Below are positions 29,766-39,903 of a DNA stretch of 64,000 nucleotides, piece after piece. Below the pieces are notes generated by a model. The model worked only from the letters and a program-made list of their open reading frames with translations. It did not search any database and was not told the origin of the DNA. Each line of letters opens with the position of its first letter. The stretch's first letter is position 1. The position numbers and the translations under genes are program-made. Location of the stretch: assembly GCA_027365105.1 (NCBI GenBank), contig DAHXNZ010000001.1, forward strand, positions 35,290 through 99,289, read 5' to 3'. This DNA is from Thermoplasmata archaeon (GTDB lineage: Archaea; Thermoplasmatota; Thermoplasmata; Lutacidiplasmatales; UBA184).

Positions 29766-30557
29766 TCACCCGGTCCTCCAGCGGTAGAGCCCCAGGGCGA
29801 GGCCGATCCCGAGGCAGGCACTCAACCCCAGGAGGGCCGCGTATCCGGCCATCGTGACCGGGCTCGCCGGAGTGATCCCGAGCGCCGCCTGGATCAGGAG
29901 GGCGGCGTAGGTGGTGGGCACGAAGCGGGCCATCTCCTGCCAGACCGGCGGGAGGTAGGAGATCGGGTAGTAGAGGGGAGCGAGCATCCCGAGCAGCGTG
30001 AACGAGAGGCTGCCGACCGGCCAGATCTCCCGCTGGGTCGTGACCCGGCTCGAGATCGCGATGCCGATCGACGAAAAGAGGACCCAAAGCACGCCCAGGC
30101 AGGCCACGATGATCCCCCAGGCGGAGAGCGGCACCGGGATCCCGCGGCTGTACTGGGTCCAGGCCAGCAGACCGGAGAGCACCGCGAGCGCCGGGAGCAT
30201 GGCGATGAGGTTGCTGAACGCGATCCCGAAGAGGTAGCGGAACCGCCCCATCGGGCTCGCCACGAACAGGTCCTGGATCGAGCACTCGATCCGCCAGGTG
30301 GCGCTGTCCCCGAGGACCCAGCTGCCGATGTTCTGCATCGTGAAGAGCATCGCGCCGGCGATCTCGAGGGGGAGCAGGCTCGGGGGCGAGATGAGGCTCA
30401 GGAAGTAGAGGAAGATGAACGGCAGCAGGATCGGGGCGACCGCCACGGCGGGGTTCCGGCCGATCCACCGCCAGCCGATGATCGCAAAGGCCGGCAGCGC
30501 ACGACCGTGGGGCGGAGTCTCCGGGAGGGGGCTCAGGTTCCGGATCGCCACCGTCAC
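29766..30557 (-). CDS. ABC-2 type permease
   Basis: multiple TM segments, APLYYPISYLP...PTTYAA; GTGA overlap with the upstream permease. Confidence 0.85.
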   Translation of the reverse strand: MTVAIRNLSPLPETPPHGRALPAFAIIGWRWIGRNPAVAVAPILLPFIFLYFLSLISPPSLLPLEIAGAMLFTMQNIGSWVLGDSATWRIECSIQDLFVASPMGRFRYLFGIAFSNLIAMLPALAVLSGLLAWTQYSRGIPVPLSAWGIIVACLGVLWVLFSSIGIAISSRVTTQREIWPVGSLSFTLLGMLAPLYYPISYLPPVWQEMARFVPTTYAALLIQAALGITPASPVTMAGYAALLGLSACLGIGLALGLYRWRTG

Positions 30558-31318
30558 GCCTCCCGGGAGGTCCGGCGGGCCCAGAGGATCGCCCCGAGCA
30601 GGATGAGGGTCACCTCGACCGCGAGGCCCCCGGCGGCGAGGGCGATCTGGGCTTCGGAAAGCGAGGTGGCCCCGATCGACGACTGGAGGAGGGCGGCGGC
30701 CGCGCTCGGGGGCAGGAGCAGGGCGACCGATCGCAGGTCGGCGGGGAAGAGGCTCAGCGGGTAGAAGACCGGGAAGAGGACCCCGAAGAGGTTGAAGAAG
30801 AGACTCGAGTACGCCCAGATCGCCCGGTTGTCCCGGAAGAAGGTCGAGAAAATGTAGCCGGTCGACGCCGAGAAGAGCCAGACCGCGAGCGCGAGCAGAA
30901 ACAGCAGGAGCACGATCGCGGGGGTGTACGGCACCACCCAGATCGAGAGGAGGCCGATGACCAGGACCGGCCCGACGTAGACCACCAGGATGCCGATCGC
31001 CATGCCCAGGAAGTACCCCTCGGGGGTCATCGGCGAGGCGAGGTAGAGATCGTTTGCCTTGTGGTCGATCCTCAGGTACGCGGCCTCGTTGAGCACCCGC
31101 TGGCCCATCGTGAACATCGAAAACAGGATCGCCCCCAGGAAGGAGACCGGGAGGAGCGACGGGTCGAGGATCCAGACGAAGACCAGGAGGACCCCCTGGA
31201 CGACCATCGAGGTGCCCATGGCGAGCCACTCGTGGGCCTGGACCAGGATTTCGGTCCAGAGGAAGGAGCCGAGCCCCCGGAACGCCCGGGACGGGGCCAG
31301 GGCGAGCTCACTCCGCAT
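30554..31318 (-). CDS. ABC-2 type permease
   Basis: multiple TM segments, YLASPMT, FPVFYPLSLFP; paralog of its neighbour. Confidence 0.85.
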   Translation of the reverse strand: MRSELALAPSRAFRGLGSFLWTEILVQAHEWLAMGTSMVVQGVLLVFVWILDPSLLPVSFLGAILFSMFTMGQRVLNEAAYLRIDHKANDLYLASPMTPEGYFLGMAIGILVVYVGPVLVIGLLSIWVVPYTPAIVLLLFLLALAVWLFSASTGYIFSTFFRDNRAIWAYSSLFFNLFGVLFPVFYPLSLFPADLRSVALLLPPSAAAALLQSSIGATSLSEAQIALAAGGLAVEVTLILLGAILWARRTSREA

Positions 31319-32234
31319 TGATCGATCGTCCCACGACGCGCAGGAACGCCTCCTCGAGGGTCACCGGCCCGACCCCGGCGGTCAGCTTCCGCTGGACGGC
31401 GATCTGAAGGAGCTCGGCGAGCCGCGGGGGGTCGACGATCACCGTGAGCGCCGAACCGTCGGAGACGCAGGCGCCGAAGCTCTGGAATTCGTCGGCGACG
31501 ATCCCCGGCCCCTGGAGGGTGACTTTGAGCGTTCCGCCGACGCTCCGCTTGAGTTCCTCGGCGGTGCCCTGGACCAGCACCCGGCCGCCTTCGACGATGT
31601 AGAGCCGGTCGCTGAGCACCTCGGCCTCATCGAGGTAATGGGTCGTGAGGAGCAGCGTCGACCCCTTGCGGGTCAGCCCCCGAAGGGAGTCCCAGACGTC
31701 CCGACGGGCGAACGGGTCCATTCCGATTGACGGTTCATCGAGGAACAGGAGCGGGGCCTCGGTGGCGATCACGGTCGCCACCATCGTCCGTTGCCGCTGC
31801 CCCCCCGAGAGGGTGATCGCGAGCCGGTCGGCGACCGACTCGAGCCCCATCTGCTCGATCGCCGACTCGGTCCGCGCGCGCGCGGTCTCCCGCGCCAGCC
31901 CCCGGGCGCGCAGGTAGGTGTAGACCTGTTCGCGCGGGGTCAGATGGAAGAACGGCTTCCCCTCCTGGGGGACCACCGCGATGTAGGGCCGGACCCGGTC
32001 CGGTCGTCGGTCGACGTCCTCCCCGAAGATCTCGATGCGGCCGGAGGTCGGCCGGAGGAGGGTCGAGGCGATCTTGAGAAAGGTCGTCTTCCCGGCGCCG
32101 TTGCGCCCGAGCAGCGCGACGCGCTCGCCGCGATGAACCTCGAGCGAGACCCCGCGCAGCGCCTCGACCGGGGGCGCCCCCCGGGTCTCGTAGACCTTTC
32201 GGAGCCGATCGCTCCACAGGGCCTCGCCGGTCAC
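31308..32234 (-). CDS. ABC transporter ATP-binding protein (DrrA-like)
   Basis: GRNGAGKTT, LSGGQRQR, FLDEP, TTHYLDEAE. Confidence 0.95.
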   Translation of the reverse strand: MTGEALWSDRLRKVYETRGAPPVEALRGVSLEVHRGERVALLGRNGAGKTTFLKIASTLLRPTSGRIEIFGEDVDRRPDRVRPYIAVVPQEGKPFFHLTPREQVYTYLRARGLARETARARTESAIEQMGLESVADRLAITLSGGQRQRTMVATVIATEAPLLFLDEPSIGMDPFARRDVWDSLRGLTRKGSTLLLTTHYLDEAEVLSDRLYIVEGGRVLVQGTAEELKRSVGGTLKVTLQGPGIVADEFQSFGACVSDGSALTVIVDPPRLAELLQIAVQRKLTAGVGPVTLEEAFLRVVGRSINAE

Positions 32235-32327
32235 CGGTGATGTGGTCCTATGGGGCCGGCCGGCTGCCGGCCACCCGGCGGCCCCGACCGGCCGCGCCCG
32301 GGGCTGGGGGGAGCGTCCCGGAAGACC

Positions 32328-32726
32328 TCAGTTCCCGCCGCACCCACAGCCGCCGCCGTTGCCCGAACTCTCCCCGCAGGAGCCGCAGCCCCCGGCCATC
32401 CCCGCCGCGTCCGGGGTCGGGAGGTGGGGGTTGGTGATCTTGAAACCGGACTCCTCCAGGTTCTCCACGTAATCGACGACCGCCCCGTCGACCATCGGCA
32501 CGCTGCCGGGATCGACGATCACGGAGAGGCCCTGGACCTGGACCACGACGTCGTCCGCGCGGGGCTTGGCGAACGCCATCCCGAACTCGACCATCCCCGA
32601 GCCGCCGCCGCAGCAGCCTCCGCCGCCGGCCTGGGCATAGACCCGGACCCCGACATCGGGCTTCTGTCCGCGGATGAGCGTCTTGATCTGGTCGAGCGCC
32701 GCCGGCCGAACCTCGAGTTCCACCAT
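32328..32726 (-). CDS. IscA/HesB A-type Fe-S carrier with a Gly/Cys-rich tail
   Basis: GGGCCG, DGAVVDYVE..EESGFKITNP, CGSCG...CGCG. Confidence 0.88.
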   Translation of the reverse strand: MVELEVRPAALDQIKTLIRGQKPDVGVRVYAQAGGGGCCGGGSGMVEFGMAFAKPRADDVVVQVQGLSVIVDPGSVPMVDGAVVDYVENLEESGFKITNPHLPTPDAAGMAGGCGSCGESSGNGGGCGCGGN

Positions 32727-32898
32727 GGGATTCTCCGAAACGTACTAGTTCGAGCCGGTCTTTAAGCTATCCGCACCGCGGAGCGCGACAGAATCGGGAC
32801 CCCGGGGGCCCGCGCCACGCGCTCGCATAGGCCTGGGCGCCGAGGTTCATACCACGCCGCATATAGCTCCCGGGACTCCCCCCCAGCGGTACCTGACC

Positions 32899-34179
32899 GT
32901 GGCGGCCACCGAACCTACGGGCATTGTCGTAGCCTCATGGGCGCCCGCTGCCGGTGTTGTCCCCGTGGCCGGCACCCCTCCCCCTCTCGAGCCGCTCCGG
33001 CTGGTCGGCTTTGAACTCAGCCTGCGGACCGCGCGGATCGAGACCCTGGAGGCGGCCGCCCGGAGCCTCGACCCGGCCTGGGCGGAACGGGAGTTCAGGG
33101 AGCGACCCGATCTCGAGGAGATCGTCCTGCTCAAGACCTGCCACCGGGTCGAGGTGTTCCTCCTGCTGCGCTCGGCCGCGACCGTCCCGCTCTGGCGGTC
33201 CGAGCTCGAGCTTCGGGGAGGCGGATGGACGGAGCGGACCGGGCTCGAGGCCGTACGCCACCTTTTCTCCGTGGCGAGTGGGCTCGAATCGCTCGCCGTC
33301 GGGGAGCGGGAGGTGCGGCAGCAGATCCGTTCGGCGATCGGCACCGTCCAGAGCCGGCACCCGAGGCCGGTCCTCCGGGAGCTCCTCGGCGCCGCCGTGG
33401 CCGCGGCCGACCGGGAGTTCCCCCGGGTCGATCCCAGCCGTTCGATCGCCGCGGTCGCCGTGAGCCGACTCCAGCAGCTCGTCGGGCCGCCGTTCCCCCG
33501 GGTCGTCGTCGTCGGGAGCGGCATCGTCGGACGTGAGATCGCCGAGCTGCTCGCCCCGAGCGCCCGGGTCACCCTCGTCTACCATCGCCGGCCGCCCGAC
33601 CCCGGCTTCCTGCGCTCGATCGGGGCGCGCGCCGCTCCGATCGTCCGGTTGGTCGAGGAGCTGGCCGTCTGCGATGCCGTCGTGGCCGCGGCCAAATCGG
33701 GTCGCGCCGTCATCACCCCCCCGGCGATCCCCCGGGACCGACCGGTCGTCCTCATCGATCTGGGGGTGCCGCGCAATATCGCGCCGGAGGTCCGGCAGCT
33801 CCCTCGGGCCCGCCTCCTCGACCTTGGCGATCTCTACGGCGACATGCCCCCTCCAGCCCACCAGGCCCCCCCCGGCGTCGAGGCCGCGGCCCGGGAGGCC
33901 GCCCAGGTGCTCGAACGGCGGGCGCTCGAGCCCTGGGTCGCCTTCCTCCGCCGGGAGGTTGAACGGGTCCGACAGGCCGAGCTGGCCTCGGCCCGGCCGT
34001 ATCTGGGTGACCTGACCGAGGCACAGTCGCAGGCGGTCGAGCGGCTGACCCGGCGGCTCGTCGGCCGGCTGCTCGACGGTCCGACCGAACGGATCCGGGC
34101 ACTCTCCTCCTCCCCGGAGGACGAACGGATCCGCCGCTGGGCGCTCGAGCTGCTGACCCCGGACTCGCCCGAGCCGTGA
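32899..34179 (+). CDS. hemA: glutamyl-tRNA reductase (start uncertain)
   Basis: LKTCHRVE, HLFSVASGLES..VGEREV..Q, VGSGIVG, IDLGVPRNI. Confidence 0.88.
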   Translation: MAATEPTGIVVASWAPAAGVVPVAGTPPPLEPLRLVGFELSLRTARIETLEAAARSLDPAWAEREFRERPDLEEIVLLKTCHRVEVFLLLRSAATVPLWRSELELRGGGWTERTGLEAVRHLFSVASGLESLAVGEREVRQQIRSAIGTVQSRHPRPVLRELLGAAVAAADREFPRVDPSRSIAAVAVSRLQQLVGPPFPRVVVVGSGIVGREIAELLAPSARVTLVYHRRPPDPGFLRSIGARAAPIVRLVEELAVCDAVVAAAKSGRAVITPPAIPRDRPVVLIDLGVPRNIAPEVRQLPRARLLDLGDLYGDMPPPAHQAPPGVEAAAREAAQVLERRALEPWVAFLRREVERVRQAELASARPYLGDLTEAQSQAVERLTRRLVGRLLDGPTERIRALSSSPEDERIRRWALELLTPDSPEP

Positions 34180-35072
34180 CCGTCCCGTCGTTGCGGGTCG
34201 GGAGCCGTCGGAGTCCGCTCGCCCGGCGCCAGGCCGCGGAGATCGTCCGGCGCCTGACCGCCCACGTCTCGACCTCCCGCGCGCTCGAGATCGTCTACCT
34301 GACCCCCAGCGGCGACCGGGACCGCCGCCGACGTCAGTCCCCGGACTTTGCCGATGCGCTCGAGTCGGCGCTTCGGGGCCGGGAAATCGATCTTGCCGTC
34401 CACAGCGCCAAGGACCTGCCGGCGCCCGTCGACCGCGATTTCGTGCTCATCGCCGGCGCCCGGCGGGCCGACCCGCATGAGGCCCTAGTTGTCGGCCGGG
34501 ATCGATCCGGGGAACCGCTGCCCATCGGGAGCCGGGTCGGGACCAGCAGCGTCCGCCGCCGGGCGCAGCTGCTGCGCTGGCGGCCGGACCTCAACGTCGT
34601 GGAGATCCGGGGCAACGTGGAGCGTCGGGTCGCTCAGGTACTCGATGGGCGACTCGACGCGGCGGTCCTGGCCGCCGCCGGCCTCCTCCGCCTCGGCCAC
34701 CGCGACTGGATCGGTCGGCTCCTCCCCCTGGACGGTTTCCTCCCGGCGCCGGGCCAGGGGATCCTCGGTCTCGAGATCCGCCGGGCCGATCGCGCGCTCG
34801 GCCGGATGCTCCACCGCCTCGAGCATCCCGCGACCGCGCGGGCCCTCGCGGCCGAGCGGGCGGTCCTCGAAGCGTTCGGGGGCGGCTGCGAGCAGCCCCT
34901 CGGGGCCCTGGCGACCGAGCGGGGGGGAAGGTTCACGGTCCGGGCGGAACTGCTCGATGCCGACGGGCGTCGGACCGTCCGTTCCCGGCGGGTCGGGTCC
35001 CCTCGGGACGCGAGGCGGATCGGCGCGGCCGTCGGCCGGGACCTGGTCCGGATCTCGGGACGGGTCGGCTGA
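34176..35072 (+). CDS. hemC: hydroxymethylbilane synthase
   Basis: GSRRSPLA..Q, DLAVHSAKDLP, GTSSVRR, IRGNVERR, PAPGQG, GGGC. Confidence 0.95.
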   Translation: MTVPSLRVGSRRSPLARRQAAEIVRRLTAHVSTSRALEIVYLTPSGDRDRRRRQSPDFADALESALRGREIDLAVHSAKDLPAPVDRDFVLIAGARRADPHEALVVGRDRSGEPLPIGSRVGTSSVRRRAQLLRWRPDLNVVEIRGNVERRVAQVLDGRLDAAVLAAAGLLRLGHRDWIGRLLPLDGFLPAPGQGILGLEIRRADRALGRMLHRLEHPATARALAAERAVLEAFGGGCEQPLGALATERGGRFTVRAELLDADGRRTVRSRRVGSPRDARRIGAAVGRDLVRISGRVG

Positions 35073-35075
35073 TCC

Positions 35076-35843
35076 ATGGACGCCGCCGCCCGACGCCCGA
35101 GGATCCTGCTGGCGGGGTCCGACCGCGCGCTCTCGGAGATCGAGGCCGCCCTCGGACGATCCGCCGATCTCCGTCGATGGGTCACGGTCCGATGGCGTCC
35201 GGTGGCCGTCCGGAGCCTCCGCCGCCGCCTCGCCGGAGTCCGTCCGGTGGACGGGGTGATCCTGACCAGCCCCGCGGCGGTGGAAAGCTTCCTCGCCCCG
35301 GTGCTGCCCTACGTCTGGCCCTCCGAGTGGCGCCGGCTCCGCTACTGGGCGAGCGGCCCGGCCACCGCCCGGGCGCTCCGCCGTCGGGGGGGACCCCGCG
35401 CGACGGTCGGATCGCCCGAAGGCGCCGAAGGCATCGCGCGGGCGATCGCCGGCTCGCCGCCGCTGCGCCTCCTCTATCCCCGGTCCGACCGGGCCGGCCC
35501 CGGCCTGGCCCGTCGCCTCCGTCGCGCCGGCCACCGGGTCGTCGAGGTGATCGCCTACCGACATCGTCCGGCCCGCCGGGCGAGCGACCGCGATCGCCGG
35601 TGGGCGCAGCGGGCCGATCTGGTCGTCGTGACGAGCCCTTCCGCCTGGGAGGGCCTTCGCCGGGCACTCGGGCCGGGCGGCATCGCGGCGCTCCGGCGCT
35701 CGGCCCGGTTCGTGGCGCTCGGGCCGACCACCGCCCGGTCGCTGCGAGCGGCCGGCCTCCGGGCCCTGACCGTGGCGCCGGGGAGCTCCGCACAACGCTT
35801 TACGCGGTTTTTGCTCCGGAGGCTCGACCATGTCCGAGGCTGA
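35076..35843 (+). CDS. hemD: uroporphyrinogen-III synthase
   Basis: ILTSPAAV, GPATARAL, EVIAY, VTSPS, LGPTTA; position in the operon. Confidence 0.8.
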   Translation: MDAAARRPRILLAGSDRALSEIEAALGRSADLRRWVTVRWRPVAVRSLRRRLAGVRPVDGVILTSPAAVESFLAPVLPYVWPSEWRRLRYWASGPATARALRRRGGPRATVGSPEGAEGIARAIAGSPPLRLLYPRSDRAGPGLARRLRRAGHRVVEVIAYRHRPARRASDRDRRWAQRADLVVVTSPSAWEGLRRALGPGGIAALRRSARFVALGPTTARSLRAAGLRALTVAPGSSAQRFTRFLLRRLDHVRG

Positions 35844-36831
35844 CTCCGAGGTTCCTCCGAGCCTGCGGCTGCGTCGCCTCCGGCGGACGGAGGATCTGAG
35901 GGCCTCGCTCCGGGAGACCCGCGTCGATCCCGAGCGGCTCGTCTATCCGGTCTTCGTCCGGCCGGGCGGCGGCACTCCCGACCCGATCGAGAGCCTGCCG
36001 GGAATCGACCGGTACCCGCTCGAGGGCCTCGGCGACCGGGCCCGGGGGTGGGCCCAGGACGGGGTGCGGGCGGTCCTCCTGTTCGGGGTGCCCCGGGTCA
36101 AGGACCCGGAGGGCTCGGATGCGGTCGACGATCGCGGCCTGATTCCCCAGGCGATCCGGTCGATCCGCCGCACGGTCCCGACGCTGCGGATCCTGACGGA
36201 CGTCTGTCTGTGCGCCTACACCGACCACGGCCAGTGCGGGCTCCTGCGCGACGGGGAGGTCGACAATGACGCCACGGTGGAGCGGCTGGCCCGGATGGCC
36301 CTCGCCCACGCCCGGGCCGGCGCCGATATCGTCGCCCCGAGCGCGATGATGGACCACCAGGTCCGGGCGATCCGCACCGGCCTCGATCGCGCCGGATTCA
36401 CCGCCACGGCGATCCTGGCGTATGCGGCGAAGTTCGCGAGCGCGCTCTACGGCCCCTTCCGGGAGGCCGCCGGTTCGGCGCCGAAAGGCGGCGATCGGGC
36501 CAGCTACCAGCTTTCCCCCGCCAACGCCCGGGAGGCGCTCATGGAAATGGCGGCCGACGCGGCCGAAGGCGCCGACCTGCTGATGGTGAAGCCGGGGCTC
36601 CCGTACCTGGACATCCTCGCGCGGGCCCGCCGGCGGTTCGACCATCCCCTCGTCGCCTACCAGGTGAGCGGGGAGTACGCGATGATCCGGGCCGCCGCCG
36701 CCCGGGGATGGATCGACGAGGCCGCCGTGATCGACGAGAGCCTGCTGGCGATGCGCCGCGCCGGCGCCGACTGGATCATCACCTACTTCGCCCGGGAAGT
36801 GGCCGCCCGCGCCCGGGGGCTCCGTCCGTGA
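35830..36831 (+). CDS. hemB: porphobilinogen synthase
   Basis: DVCLCAYTDHGQCG, APSAMMD, SALYGPFREA, MVKPG, AYQVSGEY. Confidence 0.96.
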   Translation: MSEADSEVPPSLRLRRLRRTEDLRASLRETRVDPERLVYPVFVRPGGGTPDPIESLPGIDRYPLEGLGDRARGWAQDGVRAVLLFGVPRVKDPEGSDAVDDRGLIPQAIRSIRRTVPTLRILTDVCLCAYTDHGQCGLLRDGEVDNDATVERLARMALAHARAGADIVAPSAMMDHQVRAIRTGLDRAGFTATAILAYAAKFASALYGPFREAAGSAPKGGDRASYQLSPANAREALMEMAADAAEGADLLMVKPGLPYLDILARARRRFDHPLVAYQVSGEYAMIRAAAARGWIDEAAVIDESLLAMRRAGADWIITYFAREVAARARGLRP

Positions 36832-37571
36832 GCGATCCGGCCCCCGATCCGCCCCGGGTGGTCTCGACCCAGGCGGAGGAGCTCCAGGATTTCGTCAAGT
36901 ACACCTTCTTCCACCTGCGTCCCGAGTGGCGTCGGCTCGGCGACGCGACCCGCCGGGCGGGTCGGGAGGAGTTCGCGGACCGGCTCGACCACCCGGCGGC
37001 CGGCACGCTGGTGCGCACGTACTCCCTGGTGGGGCTCAAGGCCGACACCGAGATGCTGGTCTGGTCGATCTCCCCACGGATCGAAGGGATCCAGGAGCTC
37101 CACGCCCGGCTCCTCGGGACCAAGATGGGGGGGTACCTGGACACCGCCTACTCCTACCTCGGCCTCGGCCGCCGGAGCGAATACCTTGCCGGCCACACCC
37201 ACACCGACGGGGAAGGGCGATCGTCCCGGCGTCGGCCGTTCGATCTCCCGTACCTCTTCGTCTACCCGTTCGTCAAGAAGCGGGAGTGGTACGGCCTCCC
37301 GTTCGAGACCCGACGCAAGATGATGGGGGAACACTTCCGGGTGGGCCACCGGTATCCCGGGGTCCAGATCCACACCGGCTACTCCTTCGGCCTCGACGAC
37401 ATGGAGTTCATCCTGGCCTTCGAGGGCGACTCGCCGGCCGAGTTCCTGGAACTCGTGGCCGACCTTCGGCCCTCCGAGGCCAGCCGGTTCACCCAGCTGG
37501 AGACCCCCATCTTCACCTGCCGGCGTACCGACGCGCGAGAGATGCTGAGGCTCGCCGACGGCCTTCCATGA
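36828..37571 (+). CDS. chdC: chlorite dismutase-family protein, probable coproheme decarboxylase
   Basis: YSLVGLKAD, FVYPFVKKREWY.LP...R..MM.EH..VG, YSFGLDDMEF; embedded in the hem operon. Confidence 0.82.
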   Translation: MSDPAPDPPRVVSTQAEELQDFVKYTFFHLRPEWRRLGDATRRAGREEFADRLDHPAAGTLVRTYSLVGLKADTEMLVWSISPRIEGIQELHARLLGTKMGGYLDTAYSYLGLGRRSEYLAGHTHTDGEGRSSRRRPFDLPYLFVYPFVKKREWYGLPFETRRKMMGEHFRVGHRYPGVQIHTGYSFGLDDMEFILAFEGDSPAEFLELVADLRPSEASRFTQLETPIFTCRRTDAREMLRLADGLP

Positions 37572-38875
37572 CCTTCGACTCGGCCGGGCCCCGCTCCCGG
37601 GCCCTCTTCCGTCGGGCAGAACGGGTCCTCGTCGGCGGCGTCGACAGCCCGGTCCGGTCGTTCGCCCAGGTCGGCGGGACCCCGCCCTTCATCGTCCGGG
37701 GCGAAGGGGCCTGGATCGTCGACGCCGACGGCCGCCGCTACCTCGACCTGGTCAACTCGTGGGGCGCGAACCTCCTGGGGCACGCTCCACCGGCGGTCGT
37801 GGCCGCCGTCCGGGCCGCGGCCGGAGACGGCCTCAGCTTCGGCGCGCCGACCGAGCGGGAGCACCGGCTCGCGGAACGGATCCGACGCGAAGTCCCGACG
37901 ATGGAGCGGATGCGGTTCGTGACCTCCGGAACCGAGGCGGTCATGAGCGCGATCCGCGTGGCCCGGGGCGCGACCGGACGGCGCCGGATCGTCAAGTTCG
38001 CAGGGGGCTACCACGGCCACCTGGATGGACTCCTGGTGCGGGCGGGTTCCGGCGTCGCCTCGGCCGGCCGGGCGGCCTCCGGGGGGGTGAGCCCGGCCAC
38101 GGCCCGGGAGACTTCGGTCCTGCCCTACAACGACCCGGCGGCCGCGGAGCGGTTCTTCCGGCGCCACGGATCCGAGGTCGCGGCGGTGATCGTCGAGCCG
38201 ATCGCCGGCAACATGGGGCTCGTGCCCCCCCGCGACGGCTTCCTTCCGACGCTCGACCGGCTCTGCCATGGGGCCGGCGCGCTCCTCATCGCCGACGAGG
38301 TCATCACCGGCTTCCGCCTGAGGCGGGGGGCAATCCACCCGACGCTCGGGGCCCGGGCCGATCTCGTGACCCTCGGCAAGGTCATCGGGGCCGGACTTCC
38401 CGTCGGCGCGTACGGCGGCCCCCGGCGCTGGATGGACCAGGTGGCTCCGCTCGGGCCGATCTACCAGGCCGGCACGCTCGCGGGGAACCCGGTCGCGATG
38501 GCCGCCGGCGAGGCGCTGCTCGCGGCCCGGACCGCCCGCACCTACCCGGCCCTGGATGCGGCCGGGGCGACGCTGGCGGGCCTTCTCGAGAGCGAGGCGG
38601 CTCGGGCCCGGGTGCCGGTCACCGTCCATCGCCGAGGATCGATGGTCGGCCTCTTCTTTACCCAGGGTCCGGTCACGGATTTCGCCAGCGCCCAGGCCGC
38701 CGATTCCGCCCGGTACGCCCGGTTCTTCCACGCCGCGCTGAGGGCCGGCATCTACCTGCCGCCCTCCCCCATGGAAACCCTCTTCGCCTCCACGGAGACC
38801 ACGCCCGAGATCCTCGAGCAGCAGCGCGTCGCCTTCCGCCGGGCCTTTGCCGCCGTGGCGGGGGAGAACGACTGA
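37568..38875 (+). CDS. hemL: glutamate-1-semialdehyde 2,1-aminomutase
   Basis: GGVDSPVR, SGTEAVMSAIR, GGYHGH, DEVITGFR, GKVIGAGLP, YQAGTLAGNP. Confidence 0.96.
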   Translation: MTFDSAGPRSRALFRRAERVLVGGVDSPVRSFAQVGGTPPFIVRGEGAWIVDADGRRYLDLVNSWGANLLGHAPPAVVAAVRAAAGDGLSFGAPTEREHRLAERIRREVPTMERMRFVTSGTEAVMSAIRVARGATGRRRIVKFAGGYHGHLDGLLVRAGSGVASAGRAASGGVSPATARETSVLPYNDPAAAERFFRRHGSEVAAVIVEPIAGNMGLVPPRDGFLPTLDRLCHGAGALLIADEVITGFRLRRGAIHPTLGARADLVTLGKVIGAGLPVGAYGGPRRWMDQVAPLGPIYQAGTLAGNPVAMAAGEALLAARTARTYPALDAAGATLAGLLESEAARARVPVTVHRRGSMVGLFFTQGPVTDFASAQAADSARYARFFHAALRAGIYLPPSPMETLFASTETTPEILEQQRVAFRRAFAAVAGEND

Positions 38876-39903
38876 TGCGGGATCGGATCCTGCGGGCCCT
38901 CCGGGGAGAACCGGTCGACACCCGGCCGATCTGGCTGATGCGCCAGGCCGGCCGGTACCTACCGGGGTACCGGGCCCTTCGGGCCCGCCATGCGATCCTC
39001 GAGCTGGCCCGCACTCCCGAGCTGGCCGCCGAGGTGACCCTCGAGCCGGTCCGCCGGTTCGACGTCGACGCCGGTGTCGTTTTCGCCGACATTACGCTCC
39101 CGTTCGCCGGCCTCGGGATCGACTTCTCGATCGATCCCGGGGTCGGCCCAATCATTCCGACTCCGATCCGGAGCCGGGAGCAGGTCGACGCGCTCCCCCC
39201 CTTCGACCCGCAGGCATCGGTGCCGTTCGTCGGGGAGGCGATCCGGCGGTTCTGCGACGCCTCCGATCGCCCGCTGATCGGGTTCGCCGGAGCGCCGTTC
39301 ACTCTCGCCGCCTACCTGGTCGAGGGGGGCCCCTCCCGGGAGTACGCGAACGTCAAGGGCTGGATGTACCGGGACCCGGAGGGATTCGGCCGGCTCCTGG
39401 ACCGGCTGACCGAAATGACCGGGCAGTACCTGCGGATGCAGGCCGAGGCCGGCGCCTCGATCCTCCAACTCTTCGACACCTGGGCCGGAGTGCTCGGGCG
39501 GGCGAGCTACGAGCGGCACATCGCCCCCCGGCTGGTCCGGCTCTTCGAGCAGCTCGCGGAGCTCCGTCGGCCGACGATCTACTTCTCGACCGGATCGTCC
39601 CACCTGCTCGATGCGATCGCCCGCCTCGGGGCGACCGCCGTCGGGGTCGACTGGAGGGAACCGCTCGGCTCGGTCCGGAGCCGGATCGGGCCCGGGCTCC
39701 CGCTGCAGGGCAACCTCGACCCGGGCGCCCTCCTCGGGAGCCAGGAGCTCCTCGAGGCGGAGGCCGCGCGGGTGCTCCGGGAGATCCCGGACGGAAGTTC
39801 GCACGTCTTCAATTTAGGCCATGGGGTCCTCCCCGGGACCGATCCGGACCGGGTGGGACAGTTGGTCGACTTCGTGCACTCGGCCGGGGAGGCCCGACGG
39901 TGA
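38875..39903 (+). CDS. hemE: uroporphyrinogen decarboxylase
   Basis: PIWLMRQAGRYLP, FADI, LIGFAGAPFTLAAY, LQGNLDP, FNLGHG. Confidence 0.96.
   Translation: MRDRILRALRGEPVDTRPIWLMRQAGRYLPGYRALRARHAILELARTPELAAEVTLEPVRRFDVDAGVVFADITLPFAGLGIDFSIDPGVGPIIPTPIRSREQVDALPPFDPQASVPFVGEAIRRFCDASDRPLIGFAGAPFTLAAYLVEGGPSREYANVKGWMYRDPEGFGRLLDRLTEMTGQYLRMQAEAGASILQLFDTWAGVLGRASYERHIAPRLVRLFEQLAELRRPTIYFSTGSSHLLDAIARLGATAVGVDWREPLGSVRSRIGPGLPLQGNLDPGALLGSQELLEAEAARVLREIPDGSSHVFNLGHGVLPGTDPDRVGQLVDFVHSAGEARR

Noticed and set aside
36828-37571. true chlorite dismutase
   Set aside because: No signal peptide, and its position inside a hemE/hemH operon favours coproheme decarboxylase.
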